From NCBI GenBank assembly GCA_965261735.1, contig OZ253470.1, forward strand, positions 4,640,001-4,704,000: a stretch of 64,000 nucleotides of DNA, given 5' to 3'. The stretch comes from Alphaproteobacteria bacterium (GTDB lineage Bacteria; Pseudomonadota; Alphaproteobacteria; SHVV01). The notes beneath the pieces were generated by a model, which did not search any database, had not been told where the DNA came from, and saw nothing but the letters and a program-made list of their open reading frames with translations. The position numbers and the translations under genes were made by a program. This document shows positions 39,324 through 50,628 of the stretch, one piece after another. Within the stretch, counting starts at the first letter, position 1, and each line of letters begins with the position of its first letter.

Positions 39324-39866
39324 GTGGTTGAGCCGACCCGATTGCCTCCCGTCACGCTGATTCTCGGTGGCGCCCGTTCCGGTAAGAGCGATCACGCGGA
39401 GGCCCTGGTGGAGGGCCAGCCCGGCGACTGCGTCTATCTCGCTACGGCGCAGGCCGGCGATGCGGAGATGGCCGAGCGCATCGACCGCCACCGTGCCCGC
39501 CGCGGCGGGCGCTGGCGCGCCGTGGAGGTGCCCCTCGACCTCACCGGCGAACTCGGTCGGGAGGCCGGCCCCGGACGCGCGGTGCTCGTCGACTGTCTCA
39601 CCCTGTGGCTCGCCAACCTGATGGCCGCGGGCCGCTCGATCGATGGCGAGCGGGCCGCGCTAACCGACCTGCTGCCGCGGCTCGCCGGCCCCGTCGTGCT
39701 GGTGTCCAACGAGGTCGGCTTCGGCATCGTTCCCGATAACGCCCTGGCGCGCGCCTTTCGCGACCATGCCGGGCGCCTGCATCAGGCCATCGCGGAACTC
39801 GCCGAGTCGGTGATCTTCATGGTCGCAGGCCTGCCGCAGGCGCTTAAGTCTCCGGACGGCCGCTAA
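39324..39866 (+). CDS. cobU: Adenosylcobinamide kinase/cobinamide-phosphate guanylyltransferase (CobU/CobP)
   Basis: LILGGARSGKS, DAEMAERI..H, VDCLTLWL.N, VSNEVG.GIVP. GTG start inferred from GGAGG spacing. Confidence 0.92.
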   Translation: MVEPTRLPPVTLILGGARSGKSDHAEALVEGQPGDCVYLATAQAGDAEMAERIDRHRARRGGRWRAVEVPLDLTGELGREAGPGRAVLVDCLTLWLANLMAAGRSIDGERAALTDLLPRLAGPVVLVSNEVGFGIVPDNALARAFRDHAGRLHQAIAELAESVIFMVAGLPQALKSPDGR

Positions 39867-39868
39867 GG

Positions 39869-40903
39869 ATGTCGGCGGCCAAGATTCCGGTTACCGTCAT
39901 CACCGGCTTTCTCGGCGCCGGCAAGACGAGTCTAATCCAGCACCTGCTGCGGACGGCGGCCGGCCGCCGCTTGGCTCTGGTCATCAACGAATTCGGCGAT
40001 GTCGGGGTCGATGCCGAAATCCTCATGGGGTGCGGCCTGGAGTCGTGCGATCCGGGCAGCATCGTCGAGCTCGCCAACGGCTGCCTGTGCTGCACCGTGG
40101 CCGACGATTTTCTTCCGGTCATCGATGCCCTGCTGGGCCGCCCCGCTCCGCCCGAGCACATCGTGGTCGAAACCTCTGGGCTCGCGCTGCCCAAGCCTCT
40201 GGTCAAGGCCCTCGCATGGCCCGAGATCCGTAGCCGGATCACCGTGGACGGCGTCGTCACGGTGATCGACGGGGCCGCCGTGGCCGAGGGGCGGTTCGCG
40301 CCCGATCCCGAGGCGCTGGCCGCGCAGCGCGCCGCGGACCCGACGCTCGACCACGATAGTCCGCTCGAAGAGCTCTACGAGGATCAGCTCGCGTGCGCCG
40401 ACCTCGTGGTGCTCAATAAAGCCGATCTTCTCGATGCCGCGGCCCTGGCCGACCTCAGGCGCGCCATCGCGGCCGAGGTCAGCCCGGCGGTCAAGGTCGT
40501 GGCCACGCGGCACGGCGCCATCGCGGCCGGCGTGGCCCTCGGCCTCGGGGCGGCGGCCGAGGACGATCTCGAGCGTCGGCCCTCGCACCACGACAACGAG
40601 GACGACGACCACGGCCACGACGAGTTCGAGAGCTTCGCCGTCGAGTTCGGGCCGGTGGTCTCGCCGGCCGAGCTGATGGCGCGGCTCGCTCCCCTGATCG
40701 CTCGCCATGACATCCTGCGGGTCAAGGGATTCGCGGCCGTCGCCGGTAAGGGCATGCGCCTCGTCGTGCAGGGCGTGGGCGGGCGCCTGCAACATCACTA
40801 CGATCGCGACTGGACGAGCGGCGAGGCGCGCTGCGGACAGCTCGTGGTGATCGGCACCCGCGGCCTCGACGCCGCCGCCATCCGCGCAGCGATCGCGGCC
40901 TGA
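39869..40903 (+). CDS. cobW: Cobalamin biosynthesis GTPase/metallochaperone CobW
   Basis: TGFLGAGKT, NGCLCCTV, ETSGLALPKPL, His/Asp-rich stretch. Confidence 0.93.
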   Translation: MSAAKIPVTVITGFLGAGKTSLIQHLLRTAAGRRLALVINEFGDVGVDAEILMGCGLESCDPGSIVELANGCLCCTVADDFLPVIDALLGRPAPPEHIVVETSGLALPKPLVKALAWPEIRSRITVDGVVTVIDGAAVAEGRFAPDPEALAAQRAADPTLDHDSPLEELYEDQLACADLVVLNKADLLDAAALADLRRAIAAEVSPAVKVVATRHGAIAAGVALGLGAAAEDDLERRPSHHDNEDDDHGHDEFESFAVEFGPVVSPAELMARLAPLIARHDILRVKGFAAVAGKGMRLVVQGVGGRLQHHYDRDWTSGEARCGQLVVIGTRGLDAAAIRAAIAA

Positions 40904-40906
40904 CCC

Positions 40907-43900
40907 ATGCACCTGCTCGCCGCCCAGCCGGGCTTTATCAGCGATGGCGGTGGCGTGGTCGATCTCGCCCAAACCCCTGGGGATATCGTCATTCTCTCCG
41001 CCGCCGACACCGAGCTCGCCTGCCTCGCGGCGGCGCGGTCCAGGCTCGGCGAGTCCTTTCCCAGCGTCCGTCTCGCCAATGTCCTCCACCTGACCCACAA
41101 CCTGTCAGTCGACCTCTACGTCGACAGCGTCGTGCAGGGCGCCAGCCTGGTCATCGTGCGCCTGCTCGGCGGGGCCGGCTATTGGCCCTACGGCGTCGAG
41201 CAGCTGTGCGAGGCGTGCGACCGCCACGACGTCGCGCTCGCGCTCTTGCCGGGAGACGATCAGCCCGACGCCGAGCTCAAGGGGCTGAGCAACGTGCCCA
41301 GCGATGCCTATCATCGCCTGTGGCAATACTGCGTACATGGCGGGCCCGGCAACGCCGGGGGACTGCTCGCGTACGCGGCAAGCCTCGTCGGCCACGACGC
41401 GGACTGGCGGGAGCCGGTGCCGCTGCTGCGCGCGGGGCTCTACTGGCCGGGCTGCGATCGGCCGAGCCTCGATCGCGTGCGCGCCGAATGGTCCGCCGCG
41501 GCGCCCATCGCGGCGCTCGTTTTCTACCGCGCCCACTATCAGGCCGCCAACCTCGCGCCCGTCGACGCCTTGATTGAGGCCCTTCGCGATCATGGCCTCA
41601 ACCCGCTTCCCGTCTATGTCGGGAGCCTCAAAGATGCGCTCGCGGCCGAGATCCTGACCGCGCTGCTTGAAGAGGCGAAGCCGGACGTGGTGCTCAACAC
41701 GACGGGCTTTGCCGTCTCGAGCCCGGGCCGCGCACGCACCCCGACGCCGTTCGACGGCGCCGGCTGCCCGGTCATTCAGACGATCTTCTCGGGCGGCAAC
41801 GAGGCGGCATGGGAGGAGGGCAGTGCAGGCCTTTCGGCGCGTGACATCGCGATGAACATGGCCCTGCCCGAGGTCGACGGGCGCATCGTGGGGCGCGCGG
41901 TCTCGTTCAAGGCCGAGGCGCGCTACGACCGCGCGACCGAGATATCGCTCGGCGCCTACGCGGCGCGCGACGACCGGATCGCGTTCACCGCGGCGCTCGC
42001 CGCCAACTGGGCCCTTCTTGCGCGCACGCCGCCGTCCGAGCGCCGCGTCGCTCTCATCCTCGCCAACTACCCCAACCGCGACGGCCGGCTCGCCAACGGC
42101 GTTGGCCTCGATACCCCGGCCGGCACGATCAACGTCCTGCGGGCGCTGGCCGGCGCCGGCTATGGCGTGGGGCCCATCCCGGCCGATGGCAATGCGCTGA
42201 TCGAGCGGCTGCAGCAGGGCCCGACCAACGACCGGCGGCGCGCCCGCCACGGCGGCGCCGAGCTGTCCCTCGATGACTATCGCGCCTTCTTCGCCACCTT
42301 GCCCGAAAGCGCACGCCGCGCCGTGAGCGAGCGCTGGGGCGCGCCGGAGACGGACCCGTTCGTGACCGGCGACGCCTTTCATCTGGCGGTCCTCGAACTC
42401 AGCAACGTCATCGTCGGCATCCAGCCCGCGCGCGGCTACAACATCGATCCCCAGGCCACCTATCACGATGCCGCGCTGGTGCCGCCGCACGGCTACCTCG
42501 CCTTCTATGCGTGGCTGCGCGGCCCATTTTCGGCCCACGCGATCGTGCACATGGGCAAGCACGGCAACCTCGAATGGCTACCCGGCAAGTCGCTGGCGCT
42601 ATCCGCCGGCTGCTTCCCTGAGGCCGCGTTCGGGCCGCTGCCGCATCTTTACCCGTTCATCGTCAACGATCCGGGCGAGGGGACGCAGGCCAAGCGGCGC
42701 GCCCAGGCCGTCATCATCGATCATTTGACGCCGCCGCTGACGCGCGCCGAGTCCTACGGGCCGCTGAGCGACCTCGAGCACTTGATCGACGAGTACTACG
42801 AGGCGGCGGGGCTCGATCCCCGACGCCTCGGCGTATTGCGCGACGACATCCTCGACCTGACCCGCGCCATCGGGCTCGATCAGGACTGCGGCATCGCGCG
42901 CGCCGATGAGGACCAGGTCGCGCTCGCCAAGCTCGACAACTATCTATGCGAGATCAAAGAGTTGCAGATACGCGACGGGCTCCACATCTTCGGCGAAGCC
43001 CCGGCGGGGGCGCAGCTTGTCGATCTCCTCGTCGCCCTCACTCGCCTACCGCGCGAGGATGCGAAGGGCGCTAACGCCTCGCTCCTGCGCGCCCTCGCGA
43101 GCGACCTCGGGCTCGACCGTTTCGATCCGCTCGATTGCCCCATGGGCGCTCCGTGGACCGGCCCGCGACCCGAGGTGCTGGCGAGCGGCGTGGCGTGGCG
43201 GACGCAAGGCGACACGGTGGAGCGCCTCGAACATCTCGCGGGCGCGCTCGTGGCGGGCGAGGTCGAGGCGGCGCCCGCGTGGGCCGCGTCCCGCGCCGTC
43301 CTCGACGGGATCGAATCCAACCTGCGCCCGGCCGTGGAGGCCTGCGCGAGCGCCGAGATCGACGGCATGCTAACGGGCCTCGACGGCCGCTTCGTACCTC
43401 CGGGGCCGTCGGGGGCGCCGACCCGCGGGCGCCTCGACGTGCTGCCCACGGGCCGCAACTTCTACTCGATCGACACCCGCACGGTGCCGACGCCCACGGC
43501 CTGGCTCCTCGGCTGGAAGTCGGCGACCCTGCTGCTCGAGCGCTACCGCCAGGAGCACGGCGGCTGGCCCGCGTCGATGGCGCTCAGCGCCTGGGGCACC
43601 GCCAACATGCGCACCGGCGGTGACGACATCGCTCAGGCGCTGGCGCTGATGGGGGTGCGCCCGACCTGGGACGGCGCCTCGCGGCGGGTTACGGGCTTCG
43701 AGATCATGCCGCTCGGTGTGCTCGACCGCCCGCGCATCGACGTCACGCTGCGCGTGTCCGGCTTCTTCCGCGACGCGTTTCCGGCGCAGATCGACCTTTT
43801 CGATTCGGCCGTGCGCGCGGTCGCCGCGCTCGACGAGCCGCCCGCGGCCAATCCGTTGAGGGTGCGCGTTGCCGATGAAGCGGCGCGCCTCGTGGCGTCC

Positions 43901-44644
43901 GGGGCCCCGCCTGAGGAGGCGGCGCGGCGCGCGGCCTACCGGGTGTTCGGCGCCAAGCCCGGCGCCTATGGTGCCGGGCTCCAGGCCCTGATCGACGAGC
44001 GCGGTTGGGAGAGCGAGGCGGATTTGGCCCGCGCCTACGTCGCCTGGGGCGGCTACGCCTACGCGCCCGGCGTCGAGGGCGCGGCCGAGCACGCGCTGTT
44101 CGAGAGCCGGCTCGGTGCCGTCGACGCGGTGCTGCACAACCAGGACAATCGCGAGCACGATCTCCTCGATTCCGACGACTACTACCAGTTCGAGGGTGGC
44201 ATGACGGCTGCGGTGCGGGTCCTTTCCGGGGCCCAACCGGTGACCTACCACAACGACCACTCGCGCCCCGAGAGTCCCAAGATCCGGACGCTTCAGGAGG
44301 AGGTTGGGCGAATCGTCCGCGGCCGTGTCATCAACCCCAAGTGGATCCGCGGGGTCATGCGCCACGGCTATAAGGGTGGCTGCGAAATGGCGGCCACCGT
44401 CGACTACCTCTTCGCCTTCGCCGCCACCGCGCGCGCCGTCACGGACGCGCATTTCGATGCGGTGTACGCGGCCTATCTGGAGGACGCGGAGGTGCGCGCG
44501 TTCCTCCAGGCCAACAACCCGAGCGCCGCCCGCGAGATGGCGGAGCGCTTGTTGGAAGCGGAAGAACGCGGCCTATGGCACCCGCGCGCCAATGCCGCTC
44601 ACGGCGACCTGACCGCGCTCGCGACAGGCGAGGGGGCGGGATGA
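40907..44644 (+). CDS. cobN: Cobaltochelatase subunit CobN
   Basis: MHLLAAQPG, HMGKHGNLEWLPGK, LPTGRNFYS, HDLLDSDDYYQF. Confidence 0.96.
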   Translation: MHLLAAQPGFISDGGGVVDLAQTPGDIVILSAADTELACLAAARSRLGESFPSVRLANVLHLTHNLSVDLYVDSVVQGASLVIVRLLGGAGYWPYGVEQLCEACDRHDVALALLPGDDQPDAELKGLSNVPSDAYHRLWQYCVHGGPGNAGGLLAYAASLVGHDADWREPVPLLRAGLYWPGCDRPSLDRVRAEWSAAAPIAALVFYRAHYQAANLAPVDALIEALRDHGLNPLPVYVGSLKDALAAEILTALLEEAKPDVVLNTTGFAVSSPGRARTPTPFDGAGCPVIQTIFSGGNEAAWEEGSAGLSARDIAMNMALPEVDGRIVGRAVSFKAEARYDRATEISLGAYAARDDRIAFTAALAANWALLARTPPSERRVALILANYPNRDGRLANGVGLDTPAGTINVLRALAGAGYGVGPIPADGNALIERLQQGPTNDRRRARHGGAELSLDDYRAFFATLPESARRAVSERWGAPETDPFVTGDAFHLAVLELSNVIVGIQPARGYNIDPQATYHDAALVPPHGYLAFYAWLRGPFSAHAIVHMGKHGNLEWLPGKSLALSAGCFPEAAFGPLPHLYPFIVNDPGEGTQAKRRAQAVIIDHLTPPLTRAESYGPLSDLEHLIDEYYEAAGLDPRRLGVLRDDILDLTRAIGLDQDCGIARADEDQVALAKLDNYLCEIKELQIRDGLHIFGEAPAGAQLVDLLVALTRLPREDAKGANASLLRALASDLGLDRFDPLDCPMGAPWTGPRPEVLASGVAWRTQGDTVERLEHLAGALVAGEVEAAPAWAASRAVLDGIESNLRPAVEACASAEIDGMLTGLDGRFVPPGPSGAPTRGRLDVLPTGRNFYSIDTRTVPTPTAWLLGWKSATLLLERYRQEHGGWPASMALSAWGTANMRTGGDDIAQALALMGVRPTWDGASRRVTGFEIMPLGVLDRPRIDVTLRVSGFFRDAFPAQIDLFDSAVRAVAALDEPPAANPLRVRVADEAARLVASGAPPEEAARRAAYRVFGAKPGAYGAGLQALIDERGWESEADLARAYVAWGGYAYAPGVEGAAEHALFESRLGAVDAVLHNQDNREHDLLDSDDYYQFEGGMTAAVRVLSGAQPVTYHNDHSRPESPKIRTLQEEVGRIVRGRVINPKWIRGVMRHGYKGGCEMAATVDYLFAFAATARAVTDAHFDAVYAAYLEDAEVRAFLQANNPSAAREMAERLLEAEERGLWHPRANAAHGDLTALATGEGAG

Positions 44645-45273
44645 GCACGCCGAGCGAGCACGAGATCAATGCGCGCGCCAACGAGAAGGCGCGCAAGCGC
44701 AAGGCGGCGCGCGCCAAGATCCTCGCCACCAAGACGATCGAAAAGGGTCTGATGATCGTCCACACGGGCAAGGGCAAGGGCAAGTCGACGGCCGCCTTCG
44801 GTCTCGCGATGAGAGCGCTCGGCAACGGCATGCGGGTCGGCATCGTGCAGTTCGTGAAGGGTAAATGGGAGACGGGCGAGCGCAAGGTACTCGAGCGCTT
44901 CCCGGATCAGGTGACGATCCGCACGATGGGCGAGGGCTTCACCTGGGAGACCCAGGACCGCGCGCGTGACATCGCCGCGGCGCAGGCGGCGTGGGCCGCG
45001 TCCAAGGAGATGATCGAGGCATGCCGGGGCGCCGAGCCGGCCTACGACATGATCGTCCTCGACGAGCTCAACATCGTGCTGCGCTACGACTACCTGCCGC
45101 TCGACGAAATCGTCGCGTTCCTCGCGGCAAAGCCGCCCGATCTCCATGTCGTGGTGACCGGGCGCAATGCCAAGCCGGCGCTCCTCGAGGCGGCCGACCT
45201 GGTAACCGAGATGACGATGGTCAAGCACCCCTTCACCGTGGGCGTCAAGGCGCAGCGAGGCATCGAGTTTTGA
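44641..45273 (+). CDS. cobO: Cob(I)yrinic acid a,c-diamide adenosyltransferase
   Basis: [43 protein letters not shown]. Confidence 0.95.
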   Translation: MSTPSEHEINARANEKARKRKAARAKILATKTIEKGLMIVHTGKGKGKSTAAFGLAMRALGNGMRVGIVQFVKGKWETGERKVLERFPDQVTIRTMGEGFTWETQDRARDIAAAQAAWAASKEMIEACRGAEPAYDMIVLDELNIVLRYDYLPLDEIVAFLAAKPPDLHVVVTGRNAKPALLEAADLVTEMTMVKHPFTVGVKAQRGIEF

Positions 45274-46736
45274 ATCCGGCGGCGCTGATGCTGCAGGGCA
45301 CGGGCTCGGACGTCGGCAAGTCCGTGCTCGCGGCCGGCCTCGGCCGTGCCTATGCGCGCCGCGGCCTGCGTGTGCGTCCGTTCAAGCCGCAGAACATGTC
45401 CAACAACGCGGCCGTCACGGCCGACGGCGGCGAGATTGGGCGCGCCCAGGCGCTGCAGGCGCGGGCCTGCGGCGTGCCGCCGAGCAGCGACATGAATCCG
45501 GTGCTGCTCAAGCCGCAGAGCGAGGTCGGGGCGCAGCTCATCGTTCAGGGGCGGCTCGTCGGCAACGCCGATGCCGCCCACTATCACGACCTCAAGCGCT
45601 CGCTCCTGCCTAAGGTACTCGAGAGCTTCACGCGGCTCGGTGAGGAAGCCGACCTGATCGTGGTCGAGGGCGCCGGAAGCTGCGCCGAAGTGAATCTGCG
45701 CGAAGGCGATATCGCCAACATGGGCTTCGCCGAGGCCGCGGGCGTGCCCGTGGTGCTGATCGGCGACATCGACCGCGGCGGCGTGATCGCCAGTCTCGTG
45801 GGCACGTGCGCGCTTCTAAGCGAGGCCGAGAGGGCGCGGCTCGCCGGTTTTATCGTCAACAAATTTCGCGGCGATGCCGCCATGTTCGCGGCCGGCCTGA
45901 CTGAAATCGGCGCGCGGACCGGTTTGCCGAGCCTCGGCCTCGTACCCTACTTCGAGCGCGCCAATCGTCTCCCGGCCGAGGACGCGGTGGCGCTGTCCCG
46001 GTTTGTCCGCCCGGCCAATGGCGCCATCCATATCGCCGTGCCGATGCTCTCGCGCATCGCCAATTTCGACGACCTCGATCCGCTCGCGGCCGAGCCCGAC
46101 GTGGCGCTCGACATGGTACCGGCGGGCCGCGCCCTGCCGGGTAATGCCGACCTCATCGTGGTGCCGGGGTCGAAGGCGACGCTGGTCGACCTCGGGTTCC
46201 TGCGTGCCCAGGGTTGGGACGTCGATATCGCCGCGCACATCCGCCGCGGCGGCGCCGTGCTCGGTATCTGCGCCGGCTACCAGATGCTCGGGCGCCGGAT
46301 CGCCGATCCCGCCGGCATCGAGGGTGCACCCGGCGATGCCGAGGGGCTCGGGTGGCTAGACGTCGAGACCGAGCTTACCGGCACCAAGACGCTCGCCCCC
46401 GTCGCCGGCCTTGAGATCGCCAGCGGAGAGCCGGTATCGGGGTATGCCATGCACGTCGGGTGCACTCTGGGGCGCGATGCGGAGCGGCCTATGTTCCGGC
46501 TCGCGGGCGCCGAGGGCGGTGCGACCTCGCCCGACGGTCGTATCCAGGGCTGTATGATCCACGGCCTTTTTTCATCGGACCGCTTTCGCGGTGCCTTTCT
46601 CGCCCGGCTCGGCACGCGCGCACCGAGCGGCGTCGCCTACGAGGCCGAGCTGGACGCCGTGCTCGATGACCTCGCCAGCCATCTCGAGCGCCATGTCGCG
46701 CTCGATCGACTCCTGGAGGTCGCTCGTGCCGGCTGA
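45270..46736 (+). CDS. cobQ: Cobyric acid synthase
   Basis: [38 protein letters not shown] start overlaps the cobO stop. Confidence 0.93.
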   Translation: MNPAALMLQGTGSDVGKSVLAAGLGRAYARRGLRVRPFKPQNMSNNAAVTADGGEIGRAQALQARACGVPPSSDMNPVLLKPQSEVGAQLIVQGRLVGNADAAHYHDLKRSLLPKVLESFTRLGEEADLIVVEGAGSCAEVNLREGDIANMGFAEAAGVPVVLIGDIDRGGVIASLVGTCALLSEAERARLAGFIVNKFRGDAAMFAAGLTEIGARTGLPSLGLVPYFERANRLPAEDAVALSRFVRPANGAIHIAVPMLSRIANFDDLDPLAAEPDVALDMVPAGRALPGNADLIVVPGSKATLVDLGFLRAQGWDVDIAAHIRRGGAVLGICAGYQMLGRRIADPAGIEGAPGDAEGLGWLDVETELTGTKTLAPVAGLEIASGEPVSGYAMHVGCTLGRDAERPMFRLAGAEGGATSPDGRIQGCMIHGLFSSDRFRGAFLARLGTRAPSGVAYEAELDAVLDDLASHLERHVALDRLLEVARAG

Positions 46737-46740
46737 GGGG

Positions 46741-47736
46741 CTATTTGACCAGCAGCAGGGCCGCGACCGACAGCGCGAGGGCGGCCCCGGCGGCGCGATA
46801 CAGGGTCAACGCCGCACGGATGTCGTCCGCCGTGGCATCGCGCCGGCCGCCGCCGATCCACGCGTCGTCGCGGCTGATCCCGTCGTAGCTGCGCGGACCC
46901 GCGAGCGCCACGTCGAGCGCACCGGCCATCGCCCCTTCCGGCCAGCCCGCATTGGGCGAGGCGTGCTGGCGCGCGGCCTTGAACATGACCTGGAAAGCCC
47001 GCTTGCCGTCGAAGTCCGGCAACACGTACGCGGCGAGCGCGATCAGCCGGCCGGCAATGCGCGCCGGCACCCAGTTGGCGACGTCGTCCGCGCGTGCCGC
47101 GGCACGGCCGAACGCCTCGTGGCGCGGCGTGCGATAGCCGATCATGCTGTCCATCGTGTTGACGGCCTTGTAGGCGAGGAGGCCAGGGAGCCCGAGCACG
47201 ACGTACCAGAACACCGGCGCGACGACGCCGTCGGAAAAACTCTCGGCCAGGCTTTCGATCGATGCCCGCGCGACGCCGTGGCTATCGAGCGTGTCCGGGT
47301 CGCGGCCGACGATGTGGCTCACGGCCTCGCGTCCCCCGGCGAGCGACGCCGGCAGCGCCGCCGCCACGGCGCGAACGCGGTCGTCGAGCGTACGGAATGC
47401 GATCAGGCTACTCACGAGCGCCGCCTCGACCAACCATCCCTGCGGCAGCTCGCGCAGCCCGTAGCCCGCCCCCCATCCCACGGCAAAGGCACCCGCGATT
47501 ATGGCCATCGTGGACGTAGCGCCGAGCCGCGCCCGTGCATCCTCGCTGAGGAGCGGCCTGTTCCAGCGCGCCTCGACAAACGCAATCAGGCGGCCGAGGA
47601 TCTCGACCGGATGCGGCACCCACCGATACAGCCAAGCCGGATCGCCGACGACCGCGTCGATCGCCATCGCCAGCAGCAGCACGAGAAGCGGGTCCGGCGT
47701 TTCGGCGTAGACGGGGAACCCGGGGTTGAACAGCAT
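46741..47736 (-). CDS. cbiB: Adenosylcobinamide-phosphate synthase (CbiB; CobD in P. denitrificans naming)
   Basis: GDP...PHPV, IVGRD, ESLAESFSDG, YKAVNTMDSMIG, SPNAGWPE. Confidence 0.92.
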   Translation of the reverse strand: MLFNPGFPVYAETPDPLLVLLLAMAIDAVVGDPAWLYRWVPHPVEILGRLIAFVEARWNRPLLSEDARARLGATSTMAIIAGAFAVGWGAGYGLRELPQGWLVEAALVSSLIAFRTLDDRVRAVAAALPASLAGGREAVSHIVGRDPDTLDSHGVARASIESLAESFSDGVVAPVFWYVVLGLPGLLAYKAVNTMDSMIGYRTPRHEAFGRAAARADDVANWVPARIAGRLIALAAYVLPDFDGKRAFQVMFKAARQHASPNAGWPEGAMAGALDVALAGPRSYDGISRDDAWIGGGRRDATADDIRAALTLYRAAGAALALSVAALLLVK

Positions 47737-47819
47737 CGCGCAAGAATGGTCGCGGCGGCGGCGCCGGTCAACGCCGGTACCGGCAGGGGCGCAGGCCAGC
47801 ACGAGCACGGGGGCAGAGG

Positions 47820-48812
47820 ATGACGCGGACGGGGATCATGGTGTGCGGCCACGGCAGTCGCGACGTCGATGCGGTGCGCGAGTTCGAGGCGGTCGCCCGC
47901 GGCATGGGCGAACGGCTCCCCGAGTACGATGTCGATAGTGGCTTTCTCGAGTTCGCGCGGCCCGTGATTCGTGACGGGCTCGATGCCCTGCGAGAGCGGG
48001 GATGCCCGCGCATCCTGGCGATACCCGGCATGCTGTTCGCGGCCGGCCACGCCAAGAACGACATCCCCGCCGTGCTCAACGCCTACGCCGCCGAGCACGG
48101 CATCGACATCCGCTACGGCCGTGACCTCGGGATCGATCTCAAGCTCCTCAGGGCTGCCGGCGAGCGTATCGAAGAGGCCCTCGCGGGCGGCAGCAACGGC
48201 GTCGCGCGCCACGATACCCTGCTGATGGTGGTGGGCCGCGGCGCTTCCGATCCCGACCACAATGGCAACGTGGCCAAGGTCTGCCGCCTGTTGTGGGAGG
48301 GCATGGGCTTCGGCTGGGCCGAGACCGCTTATTCCGGCCTTACCTTCCCTGTGGTCGAGCCCGCTCTGGAGCACGCCGCCAAGCTCGGCTACCGGCGCAT
48401 CGTGGTGTTTCCCTACTTTTTGTTCACCGGCCGCCTCGTCAAGCGCATCTACGCCCACACCGACCAGGTCGCCGCACGCCACCCCGACATCGAATTCCTC
48501 AAGGCGCCCTACCTCAACGACCACCCCCTGGTACTCGATGCGTTCGCCGAGCGGGTGCGGGAGATCCTCGACGGCACCAACAACATGAATTGCCAGCTGT
48601 GCAAGTATCGCGAGCAGCTCCTGGGGTTCGAGGACGAGGTCGGCGCCCCGCAGATGAGCCACCACCACCACGCCGAGGGCGCCGGCACGGATGCCGATGA
48701 GGCGGCCACGCCTCACCACCACGGCCACGCGCACGCTCATCATCATCCCTATCCGCAGGCCGACCACCCGCTCGGCCCGCGCAGCATGGCGCGGCCCACG
48801 GGCGAGGACTGA
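47820..48812 (+). CDS. cbiX: CbiX-family chelatase-like protein with MNCxxC motif and His-rich tail
   Basis: CGHGSRD, FLEFA.P, AGHAKNDIP, GRGASDP, PYFLFTG, MNCQLCKYR, HHHH...HHHGHAHAHHHP. Confidence 0.88.
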   Translation: MTRTGIMVCGHGSRDVDAVREFEAVARGMGERLPEYDVDSGFLEFARPVIRDGLDALRERGCPRILAIPGMLFAAGHAKNDIPAVLNAYAAEHGIDIRYGRDLGIDLKLLRAAGERIEEALAGGSNGVARHDTLLMVVGRGASDPDHNGNVAKVCRLLWEGMGFGWAETAYSGLTFPVVEPALEHAAKLGYRRIVVFPYFLFTGRLVKRIYAHTDQVAARHPDIEFLKAPYLNDHPLVLDAFAERVREILDGTNNMNCQLCKYREQLLGFEDEVGAPQMSHHHHAEGAGTDADEAATPHHHGHAHAHHHPYPQADHPLGPRSMARPTGED

Positions 48813-49435
48813 TGTTCGACTACCTGCGCGACCCCGAGGAGATCTATCGCCGATCCTTCGCGATCGTGCGTGCCGAGACCAATCTCCCTGACTGGCCCAC
48901 CGACATCGCCGCCATCGCCCGGCGCCTCACCCACGCCTGCGGCATGCCCGACATCGTGGCCGACCTCGCCTGGTCCGTGGATGCGGCGTCCGCGGGCCGC
49001 GCCGCGCTCGCGCGAGGCGCGCCGGTGCTGTGCGATGCGCGCATGGTGGTCGCGGGCATTGCGCAGAATCGGCTGCCTCGCGCCAATGCGGTGCTCTGCC
49101 GCCTCGACGGCGTGGCCTCCGGCGCATCCGCGCCCCGGGCGATGACACGTTCGGCGGCCGCCGTGGAGCTGTGGCGCGGCGACCTCGACGGCGCCGTGGT
49201 CGCCATCGGTAATGCACCGACCGCGCTCTTCCGGTTGATCGAGCTGATGGCCGAGGGCGCGCCCAAGCCCGCCGCGATCTTCGCCTTCCCCGTCGGCTTC
49301 GTCGGCGCGGCCGAAGCCAAGGAGGCGTTGATCGCGACCGGTGAGGTGCCCTTCATGACGCTGAGGGGGCGCCGCGGCGGCAGTGCCCTGGCGGCCGCCG
49401 CGATCAACGCACTGGCGGCCGGCGATGACCGATGA
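48812..49435 (+). CDS. cobH: Precorrin-8X methylmutase
   Basis: IYRRSFA, TRSAAA, IGNAPTALF, PVGFVGAAEAK, GRRGGSA. Confidence 0.93.
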   Translation: MFDYLRDPEEIYRRSFAIVRAETNLPDWPTDIAAIARRLTHACGMPDIVADLAWSVDAASAGRAALARGAPVLCDARMVVAGIAQNRLPRANAVLCRLDGVASGASAPRAMTRSAAAVELWRGDLDGAVVAIGNAPTALFRLIELMAEGAPKPAAIFAFPVGFVGAAEAKEALIATGEVPFMTLRGRRGGSALAAAAINALAAGDDR

Positions 49436-50628
49436 GCAAATGGCTCGGCATCGTCGGGATCGGCGAGGACGGGCTCGATGCGCTGGCGCCGGTGGCGCGC
49501 GCGATGGTTGAGTCGGCCGAGGTTCTCGTCGGCGGCGCGCGTCATCTCGCGATGGTGCCGGAAGATGGACGCGAGCGCCTGACCTGGTCGACACCCCTGT
49601 CGCGCGTGGTCGACGACGTGACCCGGCGCCGCGGCCAACGGGTGTGCGTGCTGGCGACCGGGGATCCGATGTGCTTCGGCGTCGGCGTAACCTTGGCCAA
49701 GCACGTGCCGATCGGCGAGCTCACGATCATCCCAGCGCCGTCGGCTTTCGGAATGGCATGCGCGCGGCTCGGCTGGCCGCTCGCCGAGGTCGAGACGCTG
49801 ACGCTGCACGGCCGTCCGCTCGATCTCGTCCACCTCTACATCAATCCCGGCGCCCGGCTCCTGATCCTGGCCAACGATGGCGACACGCCGGCGCAGGTCG
49901 CCGCCACCCTGTCGCGGCTCGGCTACGGCAATAGCCGGCTCGTCGTTCTCGAGCACATGGGTGGAGCCGCGGAAAGAACCGTCGAGGGCCGCGCGAACAC
50001 CTGGGCCGGGCGCGCCGCCGACTTCCACACCCTCGCGGTCGAGTGTGTGGCCGGGGCAGGGGCCGTGGTGCGCCCACGCGTTCCCGGGCTCCCGGACGAG
50101 GCCTTCGCCAACGACGGCCAGCTGACCAAGCGCGAGGTGCGGGCGGTGACGCTCGCCGCGTTGGCGCCCCTGCCGCGCGCCCTGCTGTGGGACGTCGGCG
50201 CGGGCGCGGGCTCGGTGGCCATCGAATGGATGCGCGCGGGCGGCGACGCCATCGCCATCGAAGGCGACGCCCTACGCGCCCGCACCATCGCCGACAACGC
50301 GGCCGCCCTCGGGGTGCCGAACCTGCGGATCGTCACCGGGGCTGCGCCGGCCGCGCTCGAAGGCCTCGATCCGCCCGACGCGGTCTTCGTTGGTGGTGGC
50401 CTGACGTCCGAGGGGCTGCTCGAGGCGTGCTGGCGCGCCCTCAAGCCGGCGGGCCGGCTCGTCGCCAACGCGGTCACCCTCGAGGGCGAACAGGTGCTGG
50501 CCGAGTGGCGCGCGCGCGTGGGCGGCGAACTCACGCGCATCGCCCTATCCCGCGCCGGCCCGATCGGCGGCCACACCGCGTGGCGGCCGATGCTGCCGAT
50601 CACGCAGTGGACGGCGCACAAACCATGA
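49432..50628 (+). CDS. cobL: Precorrin-6Y C5,15-methyltransferase (CbiE-CbiT fusion)
   Basis: VGIGEDG, LATGDPM, GLPDEAF..DGQLTKREVR, WDVGAGAGSV, NAVTLE. Confidence 0.92.
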   Translation: MSKWLGIVGIGEDGLDALAPVARAMVESAEVLVGGARHLAMVPEDGRERLTWSTPLSRVVDDVTRRRGQRVCVLATGDPMCFGVGVTLAKHVPIGELTIIPAPSAFGMACARLGWPLAEVETLTLHGRPLDLVHLYINPGARLLILANDGDTPAQVAATLSRLGYGNSRLVVLEHMGGAAERTVEGRANTWAGRAADFHTLAVECVAGAGAVVRPRVPGLPDEAFANDGQLTKREVRAVTLAALAPLPRALLWDVGAGAGSVAIEWMRAGGDAIAIEGDALRARTIADNAAALGVPNLRIVTGAAPAALEGLDPPDAVFVGGGLTSEGLLEACWRALKPAGRLVANAVTLEGEQVLAEWRARVGGELTRIALSRAGPIGGHTAWRPMLPITQWTAHKP